Positions 1 to 19,440 are shown, counted from the stretch's first letter. The stretch is DNA of 64,000 nucleotides from an uncultured Candidatus Rokubacteria bacterium (GCA_963747235.1 CAVVEU010000024.1:128001-192000); one strand, 5' to 3'. The notes: generated by a model not told the origin, from the letters alone. Numbers and translations: made by a program.

Positions 1-88
1 CGTTTCGGCCGCGGCAGCGGTCCTGTGCTACGAGGTCCTCCGCCAGCGGGGCGGGAACAAAGGACTTGACAGAAAACCCTTGACTTGA
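1..88 (+). CDS. rlmB: 3' end of SpoU/TrmH-family RNA methyltransferase (probably RlmB), partial
   Basis: Frame 2 reads VSAAAAVLCYEVLRQRGG...LT*, matching the SpoU C-terminal motif (LNVSxAAxxLxYExxRQR); TGA at 86-88. Confidence 0.65.
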   Translation, partial: VSAAAAVLCYEVLRQRGGNKGLDRKPLT

Positions 89-108
89 TGGGGGCCCAAA
101 CCTAAAGT
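80..108 (+). promoter_or_regulatory. sigma70-type promoter of the tRNA-tuf operon
   Basis: TTGACT(80-85)-N17-TAAAGT(103-108), ending 14 bp before tRNA-Thr; an extra TTGACA at 66-71. Confidence 0.7.
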
Positions 109-122
109 GAGGGTTTGCGACT

Positions 123-198
123 GCTGGCGTAGCTCAGGTGGTAGAGCAACTGCCTTGTAAGCAGTGGGTCGGGGGTTCGAATCCTCCCGCCAGCGCCA
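123..198 (+). tRNA. tRNA-Thr(TGT)
   Basis: Acceptor stem GCTGGCG/CGCCAGC, anticodon arm ACTGC-CTTGTAA-GCAGT, TTCGAAT T-loop, encoded CCA. Confidence 0.97.
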
Positions 199-232
199 GC
201 ATTATCAAGGGGTTACAATCAGGCGTGCACGC

Positions 233-318
233 GGGGAGATACCCAAGTGGCCAAAGGGGGCAGACTGTAAATCTGCTGGCGAACGCCTTCGGAGGTTCAA
301 ATCCTCCTCTCCCCACCA
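233..318 (+). tRNA. tRNA-Tyr(GTA)
   Basis: GGGGAGA/TCTCCCC stem, GCAGA-CTGTAAA-TCTGC arm, long variable arm, CCA. Confidence 0.97.
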
Positions 319-319
319 C

Positions 320-355
320 CACTTGTGAAACTGGCACTTGTGAAACTGGCACTTG
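320..355 (+). repeat. 15-bp tandem repeat, 2.4 copies
   Basis: CACTTGTGAAACTGG at 320-334 and 335-349, then CACTTG at 350-355. Confidence 0.9.
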
Positions 356-393
356 CGTAGTTGGAATTGCTATCGAGCGCGGCAGGACCACGG

Positions 394-468
394 GCGGGAA
401 TAGCTCAGCGGTAGAGCGCCAGCCTTCCAAGCTGGGGGTCGCGGGTTCGAATCCCGTTTCCCGCTCCA
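394..468 (+). tRNA. tRNA-Gly(TCC)
   Basis: GCGGGAA/TTCCCGC stem, CCAGC-CTTCCAA-GCTGG arm, CCA. Confidence 0.97.
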
Positions 469-512
469 CCCGTGTCCCTGGCATCGCGCAGTGGATGAGG
501 CTCGACATTCAG

Positions 513-588
513 GCCCATGTAGCTCAGTTGGCAGAGCGCGTCCTTGGTAAGGACGAGGTCTCCGGTTCAAGCCCGGACATGGGCTCCA
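513..588 (+). tRNA. tRNA-Thr(GGT)
   Basis: GCCCATG/CATGGGC stem, CGTCC-TTGGTAA-GGACG arm, CCA. Confidence 0.97.
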
Positions 589-626
589 TCAACAGCGACC
601 GGTAGGGTTACGAGGAGGTCCCCCGG

Positions 627-1823
627 ATGGCCAAGCAGAAGTTTGACCGGACGAAGCCGCACGTGAACATCGGGACGATTGGGCACATCGATCACGGGAA
701 GACGACGTTGACGAGTGCGATCACGAAGGTGCTGCACACGAAGTTCAACGCGGTGGCGGTGCGGGACTTTGGGACGATCGACAATGCGCCGGAGGAGCGG
801 GAGCGGGGGATCACGATCGCGGTGTCGCACGTGGAGTACGAGACGGCGAACCGGCACTACGCGCACATCGATTGCCCGGGGCACGCGGACTACATCAAGA
901 ACATGATCACGGGGGCGGCGCAGATGGACGGGGCGATTCTGGTGGTCGCCGCGAACGATGGGCCGATGCCGCAGACGCGGGAGCACGTGCTGCTGGCGCG
1001 GCAGGTGAACGTGCCGCACCTGGTGGTGTTCATGAACAAGGTCGACATGGTGGACGACCCGGAGATTCTGGACCTGGTGGAGCTGGAGGTACGGGAGCTG
1101 CTGAAGAAGTATCAGTTCCCGGGGGACGACATTCCGGTGATTCGGGGGTCGGCGCTGCAGGCGATGGAGAAGCCGGAGGACGCGAAGGCGGCGGAGAGCA
1201 TTTGGAAGCTGATGGAGGCGGTGGACAGCTACATTCCGACGCCGCCGCGGCCGGTGGACAAGCCGTTCCTGATGCCGATCGAGGACATTTTCACGATCAC
1301 GGGGCGGGGGACGGTGGTGACGGGGCGGGTGGAGCGGGGGATCGTGAAGGTGGGGGAAGAGATCGAGATCGTGGGGATGCAGGCGGAGACGAAGAAGTCG
1401 GTGGTGACGGGGGTGGAGATGTTCCGGAAGCTGTTGGATGAGGGGCGGGCCGGCGACAACATCGGCGCGCTGCTCCGGGGGATCGATAAGGACGAAGTGG
1501 AACGGGGGCAAGTGCTGGCGAAGCCGGGGTCGATCAAGCCGCACAAGAAGTTCAAGGCGGAGGTGTACGTGCTGGGCAAGGACGAGGGGGGGCGGCACAC
1601 GCCGTTCTTCAACGGGTACCGGCCGCAGTTCTACTTCCGGACGACGGACGTGACGGGGGTGTGCACGCTGCCGCAGGGGGTGGAGATGGTGATGCCGGGG
1701 GACAACGTGACGATGGCGATCGAGTTGATCCAGCCGATCGGGATGGAGAAGGAGCTGCGGTTCGCGATCCGGGAGGGTGGGCGGACGGTGGGCGCGGGCG
1801 TGGTCGCGGAGATCGTGGACTAG
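627..1823 (+). CDS. tuf: Elongation factor Tu (copy 1)
   Basis: [28 protein letters not shown] motifs; follows the Thr-Tyr-Gly-Thr tRNA cluster. Confidence 0.99.
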   Translation: MAKQKFDRTKPHVNIGTIGHIDHGKTTLTSAITKVLHTKFNAVAVRDFGTIDNAPEERERGITIAVSHVEYETANRHYAHIDCPGHADYIKNMITGAAQMDGAILVVAANDGPMPQTREHVLLARQVNVPHLVVFMNKVDMVDDPEILDLVELEVRELLKKYQFPGDDIPVIRGSALQAMEKPEDAKAAESIWKLMEAVDSYIPTPPRPVDKPFLMPIEDIFTITGRGTVVTGRVERGIVKVGEEIEIVGMQAETKKSVVTGVEMFRKLLDEGRAGDNIGALLRGIDKDEVERGQVLAKPGSIKPHKKFKAEVYVLGKDEGGRHTPFFNGYRPQFYFRTTDVTGVCTLPQGVEMVMPGDNVTMAIELIQPIGMEKELRFAIREGGRTVGAGVVAEIVD

Positions 1824-1826
1824 GCC

Positions 1827-1976
1827 ATGCGCGACATCATCTCCCTCGCGTGCACGAACTGCCAGCGGCGCAACTATTCGACGACCAAGAACCGGCGGAC
1901 GCATCCCGACCGGATGGAAATCAAGAAGTTTTGCAAGTGGTGCCGGAAACACTTCGTGCACAAGGAATCGAAGTAG
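1827..1976 (+). CDS. rpmG: 50S ribosomal protein L33 (Zn-binding form)
   Basis: Not in ORF track; MRDIISLACTNCQRRNYSTTKNRRTHPDRMEIKKFCKWCRKHFVHKESK* with two CxxC. Confidence 0.96.
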   Translation: MRDIISLACTNCQRRNYSTTKNRRTHPDRMEIKKFCKWCRKHFVHKESK

Positions 1977-1988
1977 CGGACGGTTCGG

Positions 1989-2065
1989 AGGCGTGTAGCT
2001 CTAACGGCTAGAGCACCGGACTCCAAATCCGGGGGATGGGGGTTCGAATCCCTCCACGCCTGCCA
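1989..2065 (+). tRNA. tRNA-Trp(CCA)
   Basis: AGGCGTG/CACGCCT stem, CCGGA-CTCCAAA-TCCGG arm, CCA; usual position between rpmG and secE. Confidence 0.96.
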
Positions 2066-2084
2066 GACTGCGAGATCGTGAGCG

Positions 2085-2276
2085 ATGGATTTCTTGAATC
2101 GGGTGAAGGAGTTTTTCCAGGAAGTGGCGGCGGAATTCCGGCGAGTGAATTGGCCCAGCCGTAACGACGTGGCGGCGTCCACGATGGTGGTGCTGGTCGT
2201 GGTGTTCGTCCTCGCGATGTATCTGGGCGCGGTCGACGTGGGCCTGTCGCGCCTGGTGGAGGTCATTCTGAAATGA
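2085..2276 (+). CDS. secE: Preprotein translocase subunit SecE
   Basis: EFRRVNWPS motif plus one TM helix; upstream of nusG. Confidence 0.95.
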   Translation: MDFLNRVKEFFQEVAAEFRRVNWPSRNDVAASTMVVLVVVFVLAMYLGAVDVGLSRLVEVILK

Positions 2277-2821
2277 GCGAGACGGGTACCACCGCGAAGC
2301 AGTGGTTCGTCGTCCACACCTACTCGGGGTTCGAGAACAAGGTGGCGTCCGGCATCGAGTCTCGCGCCAAGATCTTCGGGCTGCAGGACATGATCGGGCG
2401 CGTGATCGTGCCGACCGAGAAGGTGCGGGAGATCCGCAAGAGCAAGAAGATCGAGACCGAGCAGAAGTTCTTCCCGGGCTACCTCCTGGTGGAGATGGAG
2501 CTCACGGACGACACGTGGCATCTCGTCCGCTCCACTCCCAAGGTCACCGGGTTCGTGGGTTCGGGCAGCAAGCCGGTGGCGCTGCCCGCGGAAGAGGTCG
2601 AGGGCATCCTGCGGCAGATGGAGGAGGGCGCCGAGAAGCCCAAGCTGAAGTCCACCTTCCAGAAGGGGGACAAGGTGCGGGTGATCGAGGGGCCGTTCGT
2701 CAACTTCCAGGGCGCGATCGACGACTTGAATCCGGAGCGCGGCAAGCTCAAGGTCATGGTGGCCATCTTCGGGCGGCTGACGCCCGTCGAGCTCGAGTAC
2801 TACCAGGTGGAGAGGCTCTAG
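2273..2821 (+). CDS. nusG: Transcription termination/antitermination factor NusG
   Basis: [25 protein letters not shown]-terminal KOW domain. Confidence 0.98.
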   Translation: MSETGTTAKQWFVVHTYSGFENKVASGIESRAKIFGLQDMIGRVIVPTEKVREIRKSKKIETEQKFFPGYLLVEMELTDDTWHLVRSTPKVTGFVGSGSKPVALPAEEVEGILRQMEEGAEKPKLKSTFQKGDKVRVIEGPFVNFQGAIDDLNPERGKLKVMVAIFGRLTPVELEYYQVERL

Positions 2822-2823
2822 GC

Positions 2824-3246
2824 ATGGCGAAGAAAGTCCAGGCGATGGTGAAGCTGCAGATCACGGCCGGGAAGGCCAATCCGTCGCCGCCGGTGGGCCC
2901 CGCCCTCGGCCAGCACGGCGTCAACATCATGGAGTTCTGCAAGGGCTTCAACGCCCAGACGAGCTCCCAGGAAGGCCTCATCCTGCCGGTGGTGGTCACG
3001 ATCTATCAGGACCGCTCGTTCACCTTCGTGGTCAAGACGCCGCCGGCGCCGGTGCTGCTCAAGCGCGCGGCCGGCATCGCGAAGGCCTCCGCGGTCCCGC
3101 ACAAGGACAAGATCGGCAAGGTGACGCGCGCCCAGGTGCGCGAGATCGCCCAGACCAAGCTGGTGGACCTGAACACGGACTCCATCGAGGCCGCGATGCG
3201 CACCATCGAAGGCACCGCCCGCAGCATGGGCATCGAGGTCGTGTAG
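2824..3246 (+). CDS. rplK: 50S ribosomal protein L11
   Basis: [40 protein letters not shown]; true start ATG 2824 inside ORF 2302-3246. Confidence 0.98.
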   Translation: MAKKVQAMVKLQITAGKANPSPPVGPALGQHGVNIMEFCKGFNAQTSSQEGLILPVVVTIYQDRSFTFVVKTPPAPVLLKRAAGIAKASAVPHKDKIGKVTRAQVREIAQTKLVDLNTDSIEAAMRTIEGTARSMGIEVV

Positions 3247-3247
3247 G

Positions 3248-3280
3248 GCGAGGTGAAGCCGAACGGGGCCGAGCCGAGCG
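3248..3280 (+). repeat. REP-like short intergenic element
   Basis: GCGAGGTGAAGCCGAACGGGGCCGAGCCGAGCG resembles GCGAGGCGCAGCCGAAGGCGAGCCGAGCG at 29890-29918. Confidence 0.5.
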
Positions 3281-3376
3281 AATACCAGGGGAGAAGCTGG
3301 ACTCCCGCAGATGAACAGCTTAACGAAGTAAACGGTGTGCGGATCCGATAGACAGGACGGAGAACGGGAGCCCAAG

Positions 3377-4090
3377 ATGCCAGTGACGACGAAGAAGCTG
3401 AAGGCGGCCGAGACGATCTACGACCGCGAGAAGGACTACTCGGTCGAGGAGGCGTTCGGCATCCTCAAGAAGCTGCCCAACGCCAAGTTCGACGAGTCGG
3501 TGGACATGTCCCTGCGGCTCGGGGTCGATCCCAAGCACGCCGACCAGATGGTGCGGGGCGCCATCGTGCTGCCCCACGGCATCGGCAAGGCGGTGCGGGT
3601 GGCCGTCTTCGCCAAGGGCGAGAAGGAAAAGGAAGCCCGCGACGCGGGGGCCGACGTGGTCGGCGCCGAGGACCTGGTCGAGAAGATCCAGGGCGGCTTC
3701 ATGGACTTCGACTCGACGATCGCCACTCCCGATCTCATGGGCCAGGTCGGCCGGCTCGGCAAGGTGCTGGGGCCGCGCGGCCTCATGCCCAACCCGAAGC
3801 TGGGCACCGTCACCTTCGACGTGGCGAAGGCGGTGCGCGAGGTGAAGGCGGGCAAGGTCGAGTTCCGCGTGGACAAGGCGGGTAACGTGCACGTGCCGGT
3901 GGGCAAGAAGTCGTTCGCGGAGCCGCACCTGCTCGCGAACGCCCTGGCGCTCCTCGAGGCCATCGTGCGGGCCAAGCCCGCCGCGGCCAAGGGACAGTAC
4001 CTGCGCTCGGTGACGCTGTCGTCCACCATGGGGCCGGGGATCCACCTCGACCCGCAGCGCGTGGCGAACCTGTTCAAGAAGGCGCTATAG
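3377..4090 (+). CDS. rplA: 50S ribosomal protein L1
   Basis: [32 protein letters not shown]; ATG 3377 with GGGAG RBS. Confidence 0.98.
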   Translation: MPVTTKKLKAAETIYDREKDYSVEEAFGILKKLPNAKFDESVDMSLRLGVDPKHADQMVRGAIVLPHGIGKAVRVAVFAKGEKEKEARDAGADVVGAEDLVEKIQGGFMDFDSTIATPDLMGQVGRLGKVLGPRGLMPNPKLGTVTFDVAKAVREVKAGKVEFRVDKAGNVHVPVGKKSFAEPHLLANALALLEAIVRAKPAAAKGQYLRSVTLSSTMGPGIHLDPQRVANLFKKAL

Positions 4091-4101
4091 GGAGCCGCGA
4101 A

Positions 4102-4620
4102 GTGCCCACTCAAGAGAAGGCGCAAAGCGTCGCGGCCCTGCGGGAGCGGCTGGGGACCGCCAAGACGGCGGTGCTCACCGAGTACCGCGGCCTCACCGTC
4201 CGCCAGCTCGCCGACCTGCGCAAGCAGCTCAAGGCGGCGTCGGCCGAGTACAAGGTGGTGAAGAACCGGCTGGCGCGGCTGGCCGTGAAGGATCTGGACC
4301 TCGGGGCGCTGGGCAGCCACTTCACGGGCCCCACCGGGCTCGTGTTCACCACGAAGGATCCGGTGCCGGTGGCGAAGGCGCTCCAGAACTTCGTGCGGGC
4401 GAACCCGCTGCTCACCATCAAGGTGGGCTTCGTCGAGGGCAAGCTGGTCCAGCCCGCGGAGTTGAAGGCGCTGGCCGACCTGCCGTCGAAGGAAGCGCTG
4501 CGGAGCCAGCTGGTGGGGGCTCTGCAGGGGCCGGCTTCGCAATTGGTGTCGCTGCTGACCGCTCCCCAGCGGGAGCTGGTCCGGGTTTTCGAGGCGCGGA
4601 GCCAGAGCGCCGCTCAGTAG
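4102..4620 (+). CDS. rplJ: 50S ribosomal protein L10
   Basis: [15 protein letters not shown] motifs; GTG start. Confidence 0.97.
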   Translation: MPTQEKAQSVAALRERLGTAKTAVLTEYRGLTVRQLADLRKQLKAASAEYKVVKNRLARLAVKDLDLGALGSHFTGPTGLVFTTKDPVPVAKALQNFVRANPLLTIKVGFVEGKLVQPAELKALADLPSKEALRSQLVGALQGPASQLVSLLTAPQRELVRVFEARSQSAAQ

Positions 4621-4672
4621 GCCGACCGGGTCGTAGTCAACCACGACGTAGCATTCACAGGAGGCAGGCGAG

Positions 4673-5053
4673 ATGGCGGCGAATATCGACGAGATCGCGG
4701 AGAAGCTGGACACGCTGACGCTACTGGAGGCGGCCCAGCTTTCGAAGCTGCTGCAGGAGAAGTGGGGCGTGTCGGCGGCGGCGGCGGTGGCGGTGGCCGC
4801 TCCGGCGGCGGGCGGCGGGGCGGCGGCGGCGGCCGAGGAGAAGACCGAGTTCGACTTGATCCTCAACGCGGCCGGCGAGAAGAAGATCCAGGTCATCAAG
4901 GTCGTGCGCGAGCTGACCGGTCTCGGGCTGAAGGAGGCCAAGGACCTGGTGGACGGGGCGCCCAAGGCGGTGAAGGAGAAGGTGAGCAAGGCCGAAGCGG
5001 GTGACATGAAGAAGAAGCTCGAGGAGGTCGGCGCGACGGTGGAAGTCAAATAA
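4673..5053 (+). CDS. rplL: 50S ribosomal protein L7/L12
   Basis: [30 protein letters not shown]. Confidence 0.99.
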   Translation: MAANIDEIAEKLDTLTLLEAAQLSKLLQEKWGVSAAAAVAVAAPAAGGGAAAAAEEKTEFDLILNAAGEKKIQVIKVVRELTGLGLKEAKDLVDGAPKAVKEKVSKAEAGDMKKKLEEVGATVEVK

Positions 5054-5204
5054 CCTCCGCGGCGGAGTGACTCAGACCGGGGAATCGGTGTCGGTTCCCC
5101 GTTGACACCAACGTGTCGCCGCTGGGCGCGGCTCCGGACTCCCCGGAGTGCGTGACGGCGGCGGGTCGAACCCAGCCCCGCGGTAAACGGGGCGCGGAGG
5201 GTGT

Positions 5205-9212
<4,008 letters not shown>

Positions 9213-9225
9213 GGAGATTCATAGA

Positions 9226-13428
<4,203 letters not shown>

Positions 13429-13449
13429 AGACCGTTCCGGAACGGACAA

Positions 13450-13480
13450 TTGACAAACGTGCACCTGTCAGATATAAAGT
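13450..13480 (+). promoter_or_regulatory. sigma70-type promoter of the str operon
   Basis: TTGACA(13450-55)-N17-TATAAA(13473-78), overlapping TAAAGT(13475-80), in an AT-rich spacer before rpsL. Confidence 0.7.
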
Positions 13481-13526
13481 TAGGGTTTTGGCCCTATTGA
13501 GGCCATGAGAAAGCCGACGACTAACT

Positions 13527-13910
13527 ATGCCAACGATTAGCCAGCTGGTGCGGCAGGGCCGCGAGGCGGTGCGCAAGAAGTCCAAGACGCCCGCCATGGA
13601 GTCCTGTCCCCAGAAGCGCGGGGTGTGCATTCGCGTGTACACCACGACGCCGAAGAAGCCGAACTCGGCCCTCCGGAAGGTCGCGCGCGTGCGCCTGACC
13701 AACGGCCTCGAGGTGACGTCCTACATCCCCGGGGTCGGCCACAATCTGCAGGAGCACTCGATCGTGCTCATCCGTGGGGGTCGTGTGAAGGACCTCCCGG
13801 GTATCCGGTACCACATCATCCGGGGGTCGCTGGACACCGCGGGGGTGGCCGGACGCCGTCAGAGCCGCTCCAAGTACGGCGCCAAGCAGCCGAAGGCCGC
13901 CGGAGCCTAG
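13527..13910 (+). CDS. rpsL: 30S ribosomal protein S12
   Basis: [28 protein letters not shown]. Confidence 0.99.
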   Translation: MPTISQLVRQGREAVRKKSKTPAMESCPQKRGVCIRVYTTTPKKPNSALRKVARVRLTNGLEVTSYIPGVGHNLQEHSIVLIRGGRVKDLPGIRYHIIRGSLDTAGVAGRRQSRSKYGAKQPKAAGA

Positions 13911-13911
13911 G

Positions 13912-14379
13912 ATGCGGCGGGCGGGGGCGGCACGGCGTGAGATTCTTCCGGACCCGAAGCACGGGAGCCGGCTGGTGGCGAAGTTCGTGAACATGATGAT
14001 GTACGGGGGCAAGAAGAGCACGGCGGAGCGGATCATGTACGACGCCCTCCAGGCGATGGAGGAGCGCGCCCGCCAGGACTCGCTGAAGCTCTTCAAGAGC
14101 GCGGTGGACAACTGCAAGCCGGCCGTCGAGGTGAAGTCGCGGCGGGTCGGCGGCTCCACCTACCAGGTCCCGGTCGAGGTCCGGCCGGACCGGCGCACCG
14201 CGCTCAGCATGCGCTGGCTCATCGGCGCCGCGCGGCGCCGGGCGGAGCGCAGCATGGCCGACAAGCTGGCCGCCGAGCTGCTGGACGCCGCCAACAACCG
14301 CGGCACCGCCGTGAAGAAGCGAGAAGATACTCACAAGATGGCGGAGGCCAACAAGGCGTTCGCGCATTACCGCTGGTAG
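13912..14379 (+). CDS. rpsG: 30S ribosomal protein S7
   Basis: [28 protein letters not shown]. Confidence 0.99.
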   Translation: MRRAGAARREILPDPKHGSRLVAKFVNMMMYGGKKSTAERIMYDALQAMEERARQDSLKLFKSAVDNCKPAVEVKSRRVGGSTYQVPVEVRPDRRTALSMRWLIGAARRRAERSMADKLAAELLDAANNRGTAVKKREDTHKMAEANKAFAHYRW

Positions 14380-14392
14380 CGACGAGATGCAC

Positions 14393-14427
14393 AGAGGGGG
14401 GCGGTGACCTCGCCCCCCTCTTCTCTT
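14393..14427 (+). terminator. Intrinsic terminator/attenuator-like hairpin between rpsG and fusA
   Basis: Perfect 11-bp stem AGAGGGGGGCG/CGCCCCCCTCT, 7-nt loop, then TCTCTT. Confidence 0.55.
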
Positions 14428-14465
14428 GAGTCCCGCCGCCGGCCCTACTAGGGAGAAGACAAGCA

Positions 14466-16583
14466 GTGGAAGCGCAGTACCCTCTGGAAAAGACCCGGAA
14501 CATCGGCATCATGGCGCACATCGATGCCGGGAAGACCACGACCACCGAGCGGGTCCTCTATTACACCGGCCGATCCTACAAGATCGGCGAGGTGCACGAG
14601 GGGACTGCCACGATGGACTGGATGGTCCAGGAGCAGGAGCGCGGCATCACCATCACGTCCGCGGCCACCACCTGTTTCTGGAAGGACTGTCGGATCAACA
14701 TCATCGACACGCCGGGCCACGTGGACTTCACGATGGAGGTGGAGCGGTCTCTTCGGGTACTCGATGGGGCGCTCGCCATCCTGGACGCGGTGTCCGGCGT
14801 CGAGCCCCAGACCGAGACGGTCTGGCGGCAGGCCGATAAGTACAAGGTGCCGCGCATCGTGTACGTCAACAAGATGGACCGCATCGGGGCCGACTACTAC
14901 CGGTGCCTCGCCATGCTGAAGGACCGGCTGGGCGCGCACGCGGTTCCGATCCAGGTGCCCATCGGCCGCGAGGACGGCTTCCTCGGCCTGGTGGACCTGA
15001 TCGACCAGATCGCCTACGTGTGGGAAGACACCGAGAACCTGGGCGGGACGTTCAACACGGTGGAAGTCCCGGCCGACATGCGCGACCTGGTGAAGGAATA
15101 CCGGGAGAAGATGATCGAGGGGCTCGCCGAGGTGGACGACCACCTCATGGAGAAGTACCTCGGGGGCGAGACCGAGAAGATCACCCCGGCCGAGATCAAG
15201 GCCGCGGTCCGGGCCGGCACCATCACCATGAAGCTCTTCCCGGTGATCTGCGGCGCCTCGTTCAAGAACAAGGGCGTCCAGGCCATGCTGGACTCGGTGG
15301 TGGACTACCTGCCCTCGCCCATGGACATCCCGCCGGTGACCGGCGTGAATCCCGACAACGGCCAGCCCGAGAGTCGGGACGCGGACCCCAAGGCCCCGTT
15401 CTCCGCGCTGGCCTTCAAGATCATGAACGACCAGCACGTGGGCCAGCTCACCTTCGTGCGCGTGTACTCCGGCACCCTCAACCAGGGCACCGGCGTCTAC
15501 AACTCCACGCGCGAGAAGAAGGAGCGGATCGGCCGCCTGCTGCGCATGCACGCCAACAAGCGCGAGGACATCGACTCGATCTCGGCGGGCGATATCGCGG
15601 CGGTGGTGGGACTCAAGGACACGCGCACCGGCGACACCCTGTGCGATCCGGGCAAGCCGGTGGTGCTGGAGGCGATGGACTTCCCGACGCCGGTCATCGC
15701 GGTGGCGATCGAGCCCAAGACCAAGGTGGACGAGGAGAAGCTCGGGCAGTCGCTGGCCCGTCTCGCGATGGAAGACCCGACCTTCAAGGTCAACGTGGAT
15801 CCGGAGACCAACCAGACCCTCATCCACGGCATGGGCGAGCTGCACCTCGAGATCATCGTCGACCGCCTCCTGCGCGAGTTCAAGGTCGAGGCCAATGTCG
15901 GCAAGCCCCAGGTCGCGTACCGGGAGACGATCAGACAGAAGGCGGAGGCGCAAGGACGCTTCGTGCGCCAGACCGGCGGCCGCGGCCAGTACGGCGACGT
16001 GTGGCTCGAGGTGGAGCCGGGCGAGCCGGGCTCGGGCGTGGTGTTCGAGAACGAGCTGAAGGGTCCCGCCATTCCCCGTGAGTACGTGCCGGCGGTGGAG
16101 AAGGGCGTCAAGGAGGCGGCGGAGACCGGCGTGCTGGCCGGGTACCCGGTGGTGGACATCCGGGTGGCCCTGACCGACGGCAGCTATCACGAGGTGGACT
16201 CGAACGAGATGGCCTTCAAGATCGCCGCCTCCATGGGGTTCAAGGAGGGCTGCCGCAAGGCCAAGCCCGTCCTGCTGGAGCCGGTGATGGACGTCGAAGT
16301 GGTCACGCCCTCGGAATTCCAGGGGGCGGTCGTGGGCGACCTCAACAGCCGCCGCGGCAAGATCCTCTCGATGGAGGCGCGCGCCAACGCCCAGGTGATC
16401 CGCGCCAACGTGCCGCTCGGCCAGATGTTCGGGTATGCGACCGACGTGCGCTCGATGACCCAGGGACGGGCCACCTATACGATGCAGTTTGCCCGCTACG
16501 AGGAAGTGCCCCGCAACCTTGCCGAAGAGATCATGGCGAAGAGCCGCGGCGAGGGGGGTTCCGCCCGCGGCGGTTCCCGCTAG
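14466..16583 (+). CDS. fusA: Elongation factor G
   Basis: [31 protein letters not shown]; GTG start. Confidence 0.99.
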   Translation: MEAQYPLEKTRNIGIMAHIDAGKTTTTERVLYYTGRSYKIGEVHEGTATMDWMVQEQERGITITSAATTCFWKDCRINIIDTPGHVDFTMEVERSLRVLDGALAILDAVSGVEPQTETVWRQADKYKVPRIVYVNKMDRIGADYYRCLAMLKDRLGAHAVPIQVPIGREDGFLGLVDLIDQIAYVWEDTENLGGTFNTVEVPADMRDLVKEYREKMIEGLAEVDDHLMEKYLGGETEKITPAEIKAAVRAGTITMKLFPVICGASFKNKGVQAMLDSVVDYLPSPMDIPPVTGVNPDNGQPESRDADPKAPFSALAFKIMNDQHVGQLTFVRVYSGTLNQGTGVYNSTREKKERIGRLLRMHANKREDIDSISAGDIAAVVGLKDTRTGDTLCDPGKPVVLEAMDFPTPVIAVAIEPKTKVDEEKLGQSLARLAMEDPTFKVNVDPETNQTLIHGMGELHLEIIVDRLLREFKVEANVGKPQVAYRETIRQKAEAQGRFVRQTGGRGQYGDVWLEVEPGEPGSGVVFENELKGPAIPREYVPAVEKGVKEAAETGVLAGYPVVDIRVALTDGSYHEVDSNEMAFKIAASMGFKEGCRKAKPVLLEPVMDVEVVTPSEFQGAVVGDLNSRRGKILSMEARANAQVIRANVPLGQMFGYATDVRSMTQGRATYTMQFARYEEVPRNLAEEIMAKSRGEGGSARGGSR

Positions 16584-16604
16584 CCCGCTACAGGAGAGAG
16601 AATC

Positions 16605-17801
16605 ATGGCCAAGCAGAAGTTTGACCGGACGAAGCCGCACGTGAACATCGGGACGATTGGGCACATCGATCACGGGAAGACGACGTTGACGAGTGCGATC
16701 ACGAAGGTGCTGCACACGAAGTTCAACGCGGTGGCGGTGCGGGACTTTGGGACGATCGACAATGCGCCGGAGGAGCGGGAGCGGGGGATCACGATCGCGG
16801 TGTCGCACGTGGAGTACGAGACGGCGAACCGGCACTACGCGCACATCGATTGCCCGGGGCACGCGGACTACATCAAGAACATGATCACGGGGGCGGCGCA
16901 GATGGACGGGGCGATTCTGGTGGTCGCCGCGAACGATGGGCCGATGCCGCAGACGCGGGAGCACGTGCTGCTGGCGCGGCAGGTGAACGTGCCGCACCTG
17001 GTGGTGTTCATGAACAAGGTCGACATGGTGGACGACCCGGAGATTCTGGACCTGGTGGAGCTGGAGGTACGGGAGCTGCTGAAGAAGTATCAGTTCCCGG
17101 GGGACGACATTCCGGTGATTCGGGGGTCGGCGCTGCAGGCGATGGAGAAGCCGGAGGACGCGAAGGCGGCGGAGAGCATTTGGAAGCTGATGGAGGCGGT
17201 GGACAGCTACATTCCGACGCCGCCGCGGCCGGTGGACAAGCCGTTCCTGATGCCGATCGAGGACATTTTCACGATCACGGGGCGGGGGACGGTGGTGACG
17301 GGGCGGGTGGAGCGGGGGATCGTGAAGGTGGGGGAAGAGATCGAGATCGTGGGGATGCAGGCGGAGACGAAGAAGTCGGTGGTGACGGGGGTGGAGATGT
17401 TCCGGAAGCTGTTGGATGAGGGGCGGGCCGGCGACAACATCGGGGCGCTGCTCCGGGGGATCGATAAGGACGAAGTGGAACGGGGGCAAGTGCTGGCGAA
17501 GCCGGGGTCGATCAAGCCGCACAAGAAGTTCAAGGCGGAGGTGTACGTGCTGGGCAAGGACGAGGGGGGGCGGCACACGCCGTTCTTCAACGGGTACCGG
17601 CCGCAGTTCTACTTCCGGACGACGGACGTGACGGGGGTGTGCACGCTGCCGCAGGGGGTGGAGATGGTGATGCCGGGGGACAACGTGACGATGGCGATCG
17701 AGTTGATCCAGCCGATCGGGATGGAGAAGGAGCTACGGTTCGCGATCCGGGAGGGTGGGCGGACGGTGGGCGCGGGCGTGGTCGCGGAGATCGTGGACTA
17801 A
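16605..17801 (+). CDS. tuf: Elongation factor Tu (copy 2)
   Basis: Protein identical to 627-1823. Confidence 0.99.
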   Translation: MAKQKFDRTKPHVNIGTIGHIDHGKTTLTSAITKVLHTKFNAVAVRDFGTIDNAPEERERGITIAVSHVEYETANRHYAHIDCPGHADYIKNMITGAAQMDGAILVVAANDGPMPQTREHVLLARQVNVPHLVVFMNKVDMVDDPEILDLVELEVRELLKKYQFPGDDIPVIRGSALQAMEKPEDAKAAESIWKLMEAVDSYIPTPPRPVDKPFLMPIEDIFTITGRGTVVTGRVERGIVKVGEEIEIVGMQAETKKSVVTGVEMFRKLLDEGRAGDNIGALLRGIDKDEVERGQVLAKPGSIKPHKKFKAEVYVLGKDEGGRHTPFFNGYRPQFYFRTTDVTGVCTLPQGVEMVMPGDNVTMAIELIQPIGMEKELRFAIREGGRTVGAGVVAEIVD

Positions 17802-17807
17802 CACGCC

Positions 17808-18128
17808 ATGGCTACCGTAAGCGCCGACCAGAAGATCCGGATCCGCCTGAAGGCCTACGACCACAGTCTCCTGGACCGCTCGATGAAGGAGATCGTGGAG
17901 ACGGTGCGCCGCACCGGTGCGCGCGTGACCGGGCCGGTGCTCCTGCCCACCATCATCAACCGGTGGACGGTGCTGCGCTCGCCGCACGTGGACAAGACCT
18001 CGCGGGAGCAGTTCGAGATGCGGACGCACAAGCGACTGATCGACATCCTGGATCCGACGCCCCAGACGGTGGACGCGCTGATGAAGCTCGATCTCCCGAG
18101 TGGTGTGGACGTCGAGATCAAGCTCTAG
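17808..18128 (+). CDS. rpsJ: 30S ribosomal protein S10
   Basis: [27 protein letters not shown]. Confidence 0.99.
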   Translation: MATVSADQKIRIRLKAYDHSLLDRSMKEIVETVRRTGARVTGPVLLPTIINRWTVLRSPHVDKTSREQFEMRTHKRLIDILDPTPQTVDALMKLDLPSGVDVEIKL

Positions 18129-18130
18129 CC

Positions 18131-18811
18131 ATGGCGATGAAAGAGGGGCTGATCGGCCGCAAGAAGGGCATGACCCAGGTGTTCGGGGAGGACGGCAACC
18201 TCATCCCCGTGACCGTGGTCGAGGCGGGCCCCTGCACGGTGGTGGGCCTGCGCACCAAGCCGACCCACGGGTACGACGCGCTCCAGCTCGGCTTCGAGCT
18301 CCGCAAGAAGAACGTCACCAAGGCGATGGCCGGCCTCTACAAGAAGGCGGGCATGCCGGGGGCGATGCGGGTCCTCCAGGAGATCCGGCTGCAGAAGACC
18401 GAGGCGGTGAGCGCCTACCAGGTCGGCCAGACCCTCACCGTGGGCCTGTTCAGCCCGGGCGAGTTCGTGGACGTGGTGGGGGTGACCAAGGGCAAGGGCT
18501 TCGCGGGCGGCGTCAAGCGCTACGGCTGGTCCGGCGGCGACGCGTCCCACGGCTCGATGTTCCATCGGCGGCCGGGCTCGATCGGCGCATCGTCGGATCC
18601 GTCGCGGGTGTGGCCGGGCCATCACCTGCCGGGCCGGATGGGCGGCGATCGCCGCACCGTGCTCAACCTGGTGGTGGCGCGCGTGCTTCCCGAGCAGAAC
18701 CTGATCCTGCTCCGCGGCGCGGTGCCGGGAGCGATCGGCGGGCTCGTGGTGATCCGCAAGAGCGTGAAGCAGACCAAGGCGCAGCAGCAGAAGGCGCGAG
18801 AGGCCAAGTAG
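18131..18811 (+). CDS. rplC: 50S ribosomal protein L3
   Basis: GRKKGMTQVF, TKGKGFAG, HRRPGSIG; start ATG 18131. Confidence 0.98.
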   Translation: MAMKEGLIGRKKGMTQVFGEDGNLIPVTVVEAGPCTVVGLRTKPTHGYDALQLGFELRKKNVTKAMAGLYKKAGMPGAMRVLQEIRLQKTEAVSAYQVGQTLTVGLFSPGEFVDVVGVTKGKGFAGGVKRYGWSGGDASHGSMFHRRPGSIGASSDPSRVWPGHHLPGRMGGDRRTVLNLVVARVLPEQNLILLRGAVPGAIGGLVVIRKSVKQTKAQQQKAREAK

Positions 18812-18813
18812 CC

Positions 18814-19440
18814 ATGCCCAGCGTTCCGGTCAGCGGCGGCACCGGCAAGGCCCAGACGCTCGAGCTGTCCGCCGACGTGTTCGGCGGCACCCCGCGCATC
18901 CCCCTGCTGCACCAGGCGGTGGTCAAGGAGCTGGCCGCGCGGCGCGCGGGCACGCACTCGACGCGCGGGCGCAGCGACGTCTCGGGCGGCGGGCGCAAGC
19001 CGTGGAAGCAGAAGGGCACCGGGCGGGCGCGCCAGGGATCGATCCGGGCCACCCAGTGGAAGGGTGGCGGCAAGCCGTTCGGGCCGCGGCCGCGCAAGTA
19101 CGACAAGCGCCTGCCCACCGAGATGCGCCGGGCCGCGCTGCGCGAGGCGGTGACCGCCAAGCTGGAAGCCGGCGAGCTCGCGGTGGTGGAGGCGCTCGCG
19201 GTGACCGACGCGAAGACGAAGACGCTGGCGACCCGGCTGAAGGGGCTCGGCATCGCCGGGCAGCCCACCCTGCTGGTGGTCTCCGAGACGCCGGACGCGC
19301 TGAAGCGCGCCGCGCGCAACGTGGCGTGGCTCTCGCTGGAGACGCCCGGGCACGTGTCGGTCTACCAGCTCATCCGGAGCGAACGGGTGGTGTTCGAGAA
19401 GGCGGCGCTGCTCGCGCTGCAGGAGACGCTCAAGTCATGA
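18814..19440 (+). CDS. rplD: 50S ribosomal protein L4
   Basis: [22 protein letters not shown]; start ATG 18814. Confidence 0.98.
   Translation: MPSVPVSGGTGKAQTLELSADVFGGTPRIPLLHQAVVKELAARRAGTHSTRGRSDVSGGGRKPWKQKGTGRARQGSIRATQWKGGGKPFGPRPRKYDKRLPTEMRRAALREAVTAKLEAGELAVVEALAVTDAKTKTLATRLKGLGIAGQPTLLVVSETPDALKRAARNVAWLSLETPGHVSVYQLIRSERVVFEKAALLALQETLKS

Noticed and set aside
123-626. Prophage or island attachment at the tRNA cluster; ORFs 134-508 and 138-605
   Set aside because: No integrase and no duplicated tRNA 3' end seen in the window; the ORFs simply overlap tRNA genes
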